Part shown: piece after piece, positions 21,965 through 30,415 of the stretch
How positions within the stretch are numbered: position 1 is the first letter of the stretch
How the letters are laid out: each line of letters begins with the position of its first letter
NCBI GenBank assembly: GCA_963733035.1
Contig: CAVTBU010000005.1
Coordinates: forward strand, 2,624,001-2,688,000
DNA length: 64,000 bases
Source of the DNA: Pirellulales bacterium
Lineage (GTDB): Bacteria > Planctomycetota > Planctomycetia > Pirellulales > PALSA-1355
Direction: 5' to 3'
The notes under the pieces: generated by a model
Databases searched by the model: none
What the model saw: only the letters and a program-made list of their open reading frames with translations
What the model was told of the DNA's origin: nothing
Program-made: the position numbers and the translations under genes

Positions 21965-23383
21965 TCATTTATAAAGCAGGCCATGTAGTTTTGTCCCTTT
22001 AGTCTGAACTTCTTTTGCAATTCTTTGAAGCTCACGAACTAGCGATTCTCTGCGTACAGGCATCCTTTTTCCCTTCGTCGCAGCCGCCAGTCTCCTATAA
22101 ATCTCATCATGATACTCGAATGAGTGTGGGCCTCGATGATCGGGAATTCTCACGATATTAGCGGCATCTGCGAGGTTCATTCCAGCGCGCTCGAACAGTT
22201 CGGCAAACTTCGGTGACCATGGCCCGCCCTTGAGTGTGGAGAGCCAGTTCTTGTTGGTTGCGATGTGGTGGGCTTGACTCTTTTCGGCAGCTGCGACACC
22301 TTGCTCGATTACGGCAATCGCTTCGCTCTCACTCTTTGCCGATTGAGCCTTTTTGAGCAACCTGCTCCGCTGACTTGGCGCTAGTTTGTGCAGCAGGTCT
22401 AACGCTTTTCCAGACAACCGAAGTTTTTTACCGCTTGACAGAACAACCAAGAGACGCTTGATCGGCTTCCGCAGATAGGCCATCAGCGGAAGCGCGAGTA
22501 GTAAGTGTTCGAATTGAAATCCATTTCTTTGGACATCGTCGATGTTGACGATCAGCTCGCCACTTGGCGTGAGTGACGCCAGCGAACTAACGTAGAACTC
22601 GGCGAGAAATGCCGCTTGACCTGCCGCCTCTTTGAAGGCCTTGGTTTGAAGCTCGGCGTACTGCTTCTCGATTTCCTCAGCCGTCAGCAGCTTCTTCTCG
22701 AGCACCTCGGCGTTGATCCGATTCGATCCGGAAGCGTACGCTTCGGCGAGAATCGCCAGCGCGGTATCACGCGCGGTAAACTCGGGCGACACGACGATCA
22801 CCAATCGGCCGTCGTCCTTTTCCGAGTAGTAACGGAACTGCAACCAGTTCCGCTCGCGCGAGCGGACGATCCCACGTTTCTGTTCCCAGATTCGCGCGAC
22901 GAACTCGTCGAGCACGGCAAGGATCTGCTTGACCTTCCGTTGATACGCTTCCGACGTCTCCGGGCCAGAACCGGCGAGCTCGTAACTTAATTCCGGCTCG
23001 GTCGGTTCGGCACGGTAGTCGACAGTGGCGTCTGTATCCTGACCGTCGTTGTAGAATTCGACTGCCGCTAACTGGAATGGAGGTTTCGAGATCCGCCCCT
23101 GCGTTCGGTCGGCCAAGAGGCCCTTGCCGCTGGCTCGCGATCTCAGGAGCGATTCCAGCGCGGCTCGTCCGTCCGGCTCGACGATCACGCCCGCTCCTCG
23201 TGAATGATCAAGAAACCTCGCCAAATCGGTTCGCCAGTCCTCCTCCGGCCAGTTGAGCGCCGCGTGCAACCAATCGCGGAGCGATTCCTGAAAACGGTCG
23301 AGCAGCCGATCGACGTGTTTGCTGGCCGGTCCGGTCGCCCGGCGATAGTGCTGCTCCCATTCCTGTGGGTCGAAGCTGTACAT
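21965..23383 (-). CDS. Polymorphic toxin candidate with C-terminal AHH (HNH-superfamily) nuclease
   Basis: QAHHIATNKN..GGPWSPKF..LF..AGM.L.D.AN.V.I..H.GPH..EYH..IY.RL. Confidence 0.8.
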   Translation of the reverse strand: MYSFDPQEWEQHYRRATGPASKHVDRLLDRFQESLRDWLHAALNWPEEDWRTDLARFLDHSRGAGVIVEPDGRAALESLLRSRASGKGLLADRTQGRISKPPFQLAAVEFYNDGQDTDATVDYRAEPTEPELSYELAGSGPETSEAYQRKVKQILAVLDEFVARIWEQKRGIVRSRERNWLQFRYYSEKDDGRLVIVVSPEFTARDTALAILAEAYASGSNRINAEVLEKKLLTAEEIEKQYAELQTKAFKEAAGQAAFLAEFYVSSLASLTPSGELIVNIDDVQRNGFQFEHLLLALPLMAYLRKPIKRLLVVLSSGKKLRLSGKALDLLHKLAPSQRSRLLKKAQSAKSESEAIAVIEQGVAAAEKSQAHHIATNKNWLSTLKGGPWSPKFAELFERAGMNLADAANIVRIPDHRGPHSFEYHDEIYRRLAAATKGKRMPVRRESLVRELQRIAKEVQTKGTKLHGLLYK

Positions 23384-23434
23384 GGGCTGCCCGTGAAGGC
23401 CTGCGAAGTCCGTGATTCCTAAAGCTCAGAGCGA

Positions 23435-24205
23435 TCAGTAGCGATACAAGGCGCGTCGATTGGCCTCGCGGGCAAAGATCTCCTGATCGAGGTCGAACAG
23501 GCGTTTGGCCACGATCTCGAGCTGTTTGTGACTCACGCCGGCTAGCTCTCGGACGGCCGCCTCCGCAACTCGGCGAATCGCCTCGTCGGTCAGGCTGACC
23601 TGCACATTGACCGTGAACGCCCCGGCGGCCGACTCGATCGAAGGCGACACCGCAAAGCTTGGCCGCGACTCTGACGGCGCAAACGCGGAGTGAACTGGCG
23701 GGGATGCTTCCGGTGCTGCCGACGGAGGCGATGGACCCGCCCGGCGTGCGGCCGACATATCCATCACCAACTGTTCAAACGGAGTCGGGGGCGGCAGCCG
23801 CCGCGGGCCAAAGTCGAATTTCTTTCCGCTGGACCTCCGCAGTTCCTCTTGGGCCGGTTCGGCTTTAGCGGCTGTCTCCGAATCGGCCGCGTTCGTGGAG
23901 TTGGTCCCGGGGACTGCCGGATTCGAACTGCCGTCATCAGCGGAGTTGTGTGCCGCTTCACTATCTGTCTTATCCTGTGCATTCAGGGAGGCCGACACCG
24001 CGTTCAAAAAGGCACTTGCCTCGGGGCTCTCCGCATCGTCAGTTCCAATTTCACCAGATGTGTCACCGGCGTCCGCTTCTTCATCGCTTCGCGCCTCGTC
24101 GATCGTGGAATCATTGGCCGATTGCTCGATTGATGCCGTTGGATCGATTGATTTGGCCGACAGATCGTCGTCGGGCATGGAATCGTCAAGATCGCGACGT
24201 GTCAT
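23435..24205 (-). CDS. Acidic low-complexity hypothetical protein
   Basis: 256-aa ORF with GGAG before the ATG; co-oriented with toxin and immunity genes. Confidence 0.65.
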   Translation of the reverse strand: MTRRDLDDSMPDDDLSAKSIDPTASIEQSANDSTIDEARSDEEADAGDTSGEIGTDDAESPEASAFLNAVSASLNAQDKTDSEAAHNSADDGSSNPAVPGTNSTNAADSETAAKAEPAQEELRRSSGKKFDFGPRRLPPPTPFEQLVMDMSAARRAGPSPPSAAPEASPPVHSAFAPSESRPSFAVSPSIESAAGAFTVNVQVSLTDEAIRRVAEAAVRELAGVSHKQLEIVAKRLFDLDQEIFAREANRRALYRY

Positions 24206-24226
24206 GGCAAGCTCCCTAAATGCAAC

Positions 24227-24261
24227 GAGCCCGCCGCCGAAATGAATCCGGAAGCGGGCTC
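24227..24261 (-). promoter_or_regulatory. Leader hairpin upstream of the toxin operon
   Basis: GAGCCCGC (24227-34) pairs with GCGGGCTC (24254-61). Confidence 0.4.
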
Positions 24262-24822
24262 TGCCGATACCTGGCTAGTGGGCCCAGGCTCTTTCAATAC
24301 CCAGTTGTGTTGATTGCTTGCGAGCTTAGCGGAAGTGGTGGCTCGATTTCACCTGCGTTTTCGAAAAACGTTTTGCGGTGACTTGTGCGAGTGATTTTGA
24401 AACCCTCGCAACTTTCTTCACTGGCAACCCGTTTCAGCGGCCTTGCGCTGCCGCGCGGCGTCTAGAAGCCTTGGGTGCAATATTCACGTGCTTGACTATC
24501 AGATCGAGCCGTTCCGTGGCGACTGTCGCGTCCATGACGAGTCGTGCTGTCCCGTGGCAGTGTCGCCGGGGCTCGGGCGACTGGTCCCAAGTTGGACCGG
24601 GCCGCTGTTTTTTTGCGCCACTTAAGTCCCTCGCGGGCCCGATTGCGGATATGATGAACTTAGCCGCCCAGAAGCGTGCGAGCCACGCGAGGCGTGCCAT
24701 TCATCGTACGGCCAACGCCGCCCGCCGGCGATCAAAAGGTTTGCGCCATTGCGCCCCCTTTAATTACTCCCCACACAAGAATCTAGATGTTCTCGCGGTC
24801 CAAAGGGATCGATTTACCGGCC

Positions 24823-25251
24823 ATGAAACGAGCATTAATCATCGTGCTGCTAGCCGCGCTATCGGTAATTGCGTGTGGCTGTTTTGGCGAAGTGAAGAAT
24901 CAGGGCGTGCGCCGCATTTCCAATGCGACGATCTCGGTTCCTGGCAATCGTCATCCGGGCGAGGTGATTATGTTTCGTGTTACAGATTCGAAACTTCTCG
25001 AAGACCTACTTGCTCGGCCGTTGAGACAAGCAGTGAATTCACAGCCAGCCGATTACGCTTACCTTGGTGAGCTATCTATCGACTATCATGACGGAGGGAC
25101 GCAAACAATGCACCTCTTCTTGCCATTTGGGATGTTCGAGCAAGGCGACGCATACAAATTGGCAGACCTAAGCGCGCTCGAAAACGAGCTTCGCCAGTCG
25201 ATCGAACACGTCAATTCCGTCTTTACCAGCGCCGCGGGGGCATCCAACTGA
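24823..25251 (+). CDS. Hypothetical lipoprotein
   Basis: MKRALIIVLLAALSVIACGC signal with lipobox-like Cys. Confidence 0.65.
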   Translation: MKRALIIVLLAALSVIACGCFGEVKNQGVRRISNATISVPGNRHPGEVIMFRVTDSKLLEDLLARPLRQAVNSQPADYAYLGELSIDYHDGGTQTMHLFLPFGMFEQGDAYKLADLSALENELRQSIEHVNSVFTSAAGASN

Positions 25252-25484
25252 CGAGTATCGGCGACAATTCCCCCCAGTTGAGAGAAATAAGGTAGCAAAG
25301 AGGTATGGATAGACGTAAGGGGGCGCAAGCCTTTTTTGTGATCGCGTGAACCGTCGACTTTTAAATCGATCCACCGCTTCCCACACGATGGCTTTTGGTC
25401 TGGCGGACAGGCGCAATCGCCCTCGGAGTATCAAACGGAACGCCGGACGCGAGCCTCTTCTGAGCCCGCTGCGAAAACCTTTCC

Positions 25485-25514
25485 TTGAAATCGGGCCACC
25501 ACTTCCCGCACAAT
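25485..25514 (+). promoter_or_regulatory. Putative sigma70-type promoter
   Basis: TTGAAA-18 bp-CACAAT just upstream of the structured region. Confidence 0.45.
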
Positions 25515-25520
25515 GCGTTT

Positions 25521-25900
25521 TAGTCTGGTGGCCAGGCGTGGTCACGCGAAGCGTAGCGTTTCGTTGAGACGGGGACGTCTTGGCCCCGTGCTTGGGACAA
25601 ATGCCCTGCGGCGGGCGCCAGCCGCAGTGTTTTTCGTCTCGTTGATTCACGCCGCTCCGATCGTGCTTGCCGAAAGTCGGCGGCATGTGGGAGTCGTTGT
25701 GCCAGGCTTGTCCGCCCGTGTCTGAGAAACCACCCGGCCCAGTGAGGGATGGATTGGAAATGCCGGGCACCTAACGCCTCAGACGAGTGACGGGTATCAT
25801 CCCGCGTGCACCAGCTGCTCTTTGGCCGATGGTCGAGGAGTGATCAACTGTCTAACCAACCTTAAAGAACAATCCCGGCTCGTCCAAAGAGCAGCCGCAC
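25521..25900 (+). ncRNA. Candidate structured non-coding RNA, family unknown
   Basis: Many nested helices with G-U pairs favouring the + strand; no convincing ORF. Confidence 0.5.
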
Positions 25901-26131
25901 CAAACTTTTTGTTGGTCAATCTGCCAATGCGCGCTCATTCTGCGAGCATTTCTTTCGCGCCTGCCCAGCGGTTGGATTCTGCCCCCTCGTCCACTGGTTG
26001 ACCTTGTCCGCCGGGCCCCTTTCAATCGAAGCACGTTCCATCCATCAACTTGTCCTTGGCCCGCCGTGCGCGCACTTGGATCGTTCGGTACAATGTTCAC
26101 GCACTTTGGCACCTGACCAGGAAACTCGTTT

Positions 26132-27115
26132 GTGGCGTTCGACTCCTCAACCACGACCCGCAACTCTCGGCGGCAACTTCGCAAGCTGCTCTCCGCGCTG
26201 CCCTTTGTGGCACCCTGGCTGTTGGGCTTCGTGACGCTCATTGGCTATCCGTTCGTCGCGTCGCTGGGGTGGAGCTTTACGAAGTACGACATGCTGTCGC
26301 CGCCCCAGTACGTGGGGACGGCCAACTACGAACAATTGGCCGAGGAACTGGTGACCGGCCAGCGGTTTGGGCAGGCCGTCTGGAACACCAGCTATTTCGC
26401 GCTGGTCAGCGTGCCGCTGTCGATCGTGCTCGGCGTGGGACTGGCCGTGATGCTTTCGTGGAATGTGCGCGGCCGGGCCGTCTATCGCACGATCTTCTTT
26501 CTGCCGTCGGTCGTGCCCGCCGTGGCCAGTTCGATCCTCTGGCTCTGGCTGCTCGATCCACAAGCCGGGCTGGTCAACTACCTGCTCACCAGCGTCGGTC
26601 TGCCGGCCCCCGGCTGGTTCAACAGCACGGCCGAAGCGGCCTGGCCGATCGGCTGGTTTCGCGGCCAGTGGGGGTTTGGCTCGAAAGACGCGCTGGTGCT
26701 GATGAGCATCTGGGGCGTCGGCAATTTCATGATCATCTACCTGGCAGCCATCGGCGACATTCCGGCGCAGCTCTACGAAGCGGCCGAGCTCGATGGCGCC
26801 GGACCGCTGCGACGCTTCTGGCACATCACGCTGCCGATGCTCTCGCCGGTGATCTTCTTCAACCTGGTGATGGGATTGATTCACGCCGTGCAGGCATTCA
26901 CGCAGGTGTACATCGTCAGCGAAGGGCAGGGCGCGCCCGCCGGCTCGATGCTGATGCTCTCGCTGTATGTGTTCCTGGCGGCGTTCAAGTACTTGCAGAT
27001 GGGCTATGCCTCGGCGATCGCGTGGACGATGTTCGTGTTGATTGTTTTGGTGACCTGGGGATTATTTCGCTCGTCGCGATACTGGGTTTACTACCAAACC
27101 AGCGGCCGCCTGTAA
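26132..27115 (+). CDS. Carbohydrate ABC transporter permease
   Basis: EAA loop LYEAAELDGAG; multiple TM segments. Confidence 0.92.
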   Translation: MAFDSSTTTRNSRRQLRKLLSALPFVAPWLLGFVTLIGYPFVASLGWSFTKYDMLSPPQYVGTANYEQLAEELVTGQRFGQAVWNTSYFALVSVPLSIVLGVGLAVMLSWNVRGRAVYRTIFFLPSVVPAVASSILWLWLLDPQAGLVNYLLTSVGLPAPGWFNSTAEAAWPIGWFRGQWGFGSKDALVLMSIWGVGNFMIIYLAAIGDIPAQLYEAAELDGAGPLRRFWHITLPMLSPVIFFNLVMGLIHAVQAFTQVYIVSEGQGAPAGSMLMLSLYVFLAAFKYLQMGYASAIAWTMFVLIVLVTWGLFRSSRYWVYYQTSGRL

Positions 27116-27133
27116 GTGGGGTTCTGGCACGCC

Positions 27134-28489
27134 ATGACGCTTCGCGAATACAAACAGCTCGCCGCCGCCGTGCTAATCATCGCGGTGATTCTGCTCGCGT
27201 TTCGCGAAGGCGCCAACTCCCGGTTCGAAGTTCCGCCGGACCGCAGCGAGGTCGTGTTCTGGCATTTCTGGGGCGGCAAGGACCGCCCCGTGGTCGAGGA
27301 GATTTGCGAGCGGTTTAACGCCAGCCAAGGGGAGTTCTTCGTCCGCCCGGTGGCCATGCCGGGAAACAACCTGGACCTGAAATTCTTTCTCAGCGTGGCA
27401 GGCGGCGATCCGCCGGATCTTTTGAATCAGGACGATCCAATCGTCGCCGATTGGGCACATCGCGAGGCTCTCGTGCCGCTGGACGAGATGGCCAGCTCCG
27501 AGGAGTACGAGCAGCTCGAGTCGTGGTTGTTTCCGGCCGCGCGCGAGATTGGCAGCTACCAGGGACGGCTCTACGCGCTGTGCAACGGACTCGACGTTCG
27601 CGCGCTCTACTACAATGCCGACGTGCTCGACGAGCACGGCCTTGCCCCGCCCAAAACGCTTGACGAGCTCGATCACGCGGCCACGACCATCGCGCCGCCC
27701 GGCAACGGCCCGCTGCGGCGCTACGGCTACTTGCCCGACCCACGGCGGCTGTGGTCGTGGGGCATCGTGTTCGACGGGCATTTCTACGATGCGACGACCG
27801 GGCGTGTGACGGTCGACAGTCCAAAGATTGTCGCGGCGCTCGATTGGATGGCCTCCTACAGTCGACGTTACGGCGCCGACCAGGTGGCCCGTTTCCGCAA
27901 GGGTGACCAGGCCCTGCCGGGCGCGGCCTTCCCGCTGCTCGAAGGACGCTATGCCATGATCATGGACGGCCAGTGGCGCGTGGCCGAGATTGCGGCCGTG
28001 CAAGAGGCGGCCCGCAAGCGAGGTGAGCCGGTGCCGCGTTACGGAGTTGTGCCGCTGCCGCCGCCCGATGGTGGCCTGCGCGATGCGGGCTGGGTCAACG
28101 GCAACTTTTTCGTCGTGCCGCGCGGGGCGAAAAACCCGCGCGGAGCCTGGGCATTCATGAAGTTCTGGAGTGGTTTCGGCGGCCACGAAGACCAGGCCGC
28201 TCGCGCTTGCGCCGGGGGCGGTTGGATCCCGGCATCGCAACGGGTGGTTGAACATCCGACGTTTCAAACTTACCTTGCTCGCCACCCGATGTTCCGCACG
28301 TTCGTGGCGTTGGCCGGCAGCCCGCATCAAGTGCCAACGCCGCGGGTGCCCGGTGCCCAGTTTTTTCAGGACGAAGTGATTCGGTCCGCCGAAGACGCGA
28401 TGTACAATTTGACGCCGCCTGCGGAAGCCCTGGACATCGCCGCCCGTCGCATCCAAACCCGACTGGAGGCCGAACGTGAGACGCAGTAG
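27134..28489 (+). CDS. Carbohydrate ABC transporter substrate-binding protein
   Basis: FWHFWGG, GGDPPD, LYYN, AMIMDGQW. Confidence 0.9.
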   Translation: MTLREYKQLAAAVLIIAVILLAFREGANSRFEVPPDRSEVVFWHFWGGKDRPVVEEICERFNASQGEFFVRPVAMPGNNLDLKFFLSVAGGDPPDLLNQDDPIVADWAHREALVPLDEMASSEEYEQLESWLFPAAREIGSYQGRLYALCNGLDVRALYYNADVLDEHGLAPPKTLDELDHAATTIAPPGNGPLRRYGYLPDPRRLWSWGIVFDGHFYDATTGRVTVDSPKIVAALDWMASYSRRYGADQVARFRKGDQALPGAAFPLLEGRYAMIMDGQWRVAEIAAVQEAARKRGEPVPRYGVVPLPPPDGGLRDAGWVNGNFFVVPRGAKNPRGAWAFMKFWSGFGGHEDQAARACAGGGWIPASQRVVEHPTFQTYLARHPMFRTFVALAGSPHQVPTPRVPGAQFFQDEVIRSAEDAMYNLTPPAEALDIAARRIQTRLEAERETQ

Positions 28490-29303
28490 TCCTCCTGGTT
28501 TCGTAGCCCATGCGCTGTTGATACTGGCGGCGGTCGTCTTCGTTACGCCACTGGTGTGGATGGTGCTGACGTCGTTCAAACCGGCCGCCGAGATCGCCGC
28601 CGATCCGCATACGGCGCTGCCAGTCGAGTGGCGTGCGCAGAACTACGTCGAGGCGGTTACGACGATGCCGTACTTTCGCTATCTGCGTAATTCGCTGGTG
28701 CTGTGTGCCGGCAGCGTGTTGGGCACGCTCTGGAGTTGTTCGCTGGCGGCCTACGCGTTCGCGCGGATGCGGTGGCCGCTTCGCAACGCGGTGTTCGGCG
28801 TGCTGATCGCCACGATGCTGTTGCCCTGGCACGTGACGATGATCCCCCGGTTTCTGCTGCTGGGCGAACTAGGACTTTACAATTCGCTGGGGGCGCTGAT
28901 CGTGCCGACCTTCCTGGGAGACGCGTTTTCGATCTTCCTGCTGCGACAATTCTTTCTGACGATTCCCGAGGAGTTGATCGAAGCCGCGCGGCTCGATGGC
29001 TGCAGCGAGTTGGGCGTCTTCTGGCGGATCGTGCTGCCGCTATCGAAGCCGGCACTGGCAACCGTCGCTCTGTTTCAGTTCGTCGCCTCATGGAACGATT
29101 TCAACGGACCGCTATTGTATCTGAACGATCCAGAGCGATTCACGCTGGCGTATGGTCTGGAACAGTTCGTCAGTTCGTATTCCAGCCAAACGAACCTACT
29201 GATGGCGGCGGCCGTGCTGTTCACGCTGCCGATCGTGATCCTGTTCTTCTTCGCCCAGCGGACGTTCATCCGCGGCATCGCCACCAGCGGCCTGAAGGGA
29301 TGA
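28476..29303 (+). CDS. Carbohydrate ABC transporter permease
   Basis: IPEELIEAARLDG, WNDF.GPL, QRTFIRGIATSGLKG. Confidence 0.92.
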   Translation: MRRSSPPGFVAHALLILAAVVFVTPLVWMVLTSFKPAAEIAADPHTALPVEWRAQNYVEAVTTMPYFRYLRNSLVLCAGSVLGTLWSCSLAAYAFARMRWPLRNAVFGVLIATMLLPWHVTMIPRFLLLGELGLYNSLGALIVPTFLGDAFSIFLLRQFFLTIPEELIEAARLDGCSELGVFWRIVLPLSKPALATVALFQFVASWNDFNGPLLYLNDPERFTLAYGLEQFVSSYSSQTNLLMAAAVLFTLPIVILFFFAQRTFIRGIATSGLKG

Positions 29304-29319
29304 CCCACGAGCGCAGCAA

Positions 29320-29367
29320 AAAAAGGGATACATCCAATTCTCGGCGAAATTGGACCCATCCCTTTTT
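29320..29367. repeat. Imperfect palindrome (REP-like element or bidirectional terminator)
   Basis: AAAAAGGGAT-ACA-TCCAATT...AATTGGA-CCC-ATCCCTTTTT just after the permease stop. Confidence 0.6.
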
Positions 29368-29750
29368 CGCGCGCTGGTTGGCGCTTGGCCTATTTGCGAT
29401 GGCGGATCTTGGAGCGCATGCGGCGCTTCTTGCGACCCTGCTTCCTGCGACCTTTGCCCGTTCGTTTCGTGCCCACACACGACTCCGTCTGTCAATCATA
29501 CCCCTGGTAGGCTCCGCACGATGCCGTGTTCGACGGCCAGCGAAGCTCCTGCCGGCCCAAAGAGCCGCAGGCTGGAAAGCCCGCATTCTAACCAGCTTGC
29601 TAGCGTCGGAGCAAGGGCGGAGCGTTTGCGGCCCTTGGGGGATTCGATGATTAGCCCTCGAAACGCGTGAATCGGCACGATATTGCCGTGACCCACATGA
29701 ATTACGGGGCACGCCAATACTGCGAACCATCCGAACGGCACCCGCGCCGC

Positions 29751-29966
29751 CTAGACCGCGAGCGTTTCGTTGACGGCTGCCTTATGCGAGTCGCCTTCCG
29801 TCCGCGTGGAATGGACCCATTCGGTCAGCTCACCGCGGAGAATCCTGAGGTGCTCTGGAGCGTCGATGCCGAGCTTGACAACGCCTCCACGAACGCCGAG
29901 CACCACGACGGTGATGCCATCGCCAATCTTGATCTGTTCACCCTGCTTGCGACTGAGTACGAGCAT
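29751..29966 (-). CDS. csrA: Carbon storage regulator CsrA-family protein
   Basis: MLVLSRKQGEQIKIGDGITVVV...VKLGIDAP..LRILRGEL. Confidence 0.92.
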   Translation of the reverse strand: MLVLSRKQGEQIKIGDGITVVVLGVRGGVVKLGIDAPEHLRILRGELTEWVHSTRTEGDSHKAAVNETLAV

Positions 29967-30415
29967 GTTTGGTTCCCTCCGTAATTGAGGTCTGGGAGAG
30001 TCAAGTCTCCCGCGATCCGCATTGGACGTGGGCCATAGGAAGCAAACGGGATGCCCGAATCGGCGAAATTGTCTACCCGTCGCGCAAGTCATTGCGAGAC
30101 TTTGTCAGTAACGCAGATAGTAGGGGCTTGCTGGTGAGCCCATGCCAGCGGCCAAAACGGCTCGTTGTGCGTGCGAATCCGCCACGGTGGCGACCCACCG
30201 CGCAGGCGCCGAGCGTCCCAATGCGCATCGCCGCAAGACACCCGGCAATGCGTTAACACCACCAAACTGGCCGTCCAAAAGTCCCACAAAGGAACGAAGA
30301 AACCGCGTGCCCCTGCGGTTGTTTGCGTTCGGTGGGAAGGCCTACGTATGATAGCGGTTTCAGAAAACCCGCCGAATCGCCGGCCCCGCCTAGTCTTACA
30401 TCCCGAGGATGTCGC

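Noticed and set aside
24434..24700. Small minus-strand ORF upstream of the toxin operon
   Set aside because: Only a faint resemblance to small phage-associated proteins; no supportable call.
29967..30415. Possible structured leader upstream of csrA
   Set aside because: Only short scattered hairpins; consistent with a divergent promoter region.
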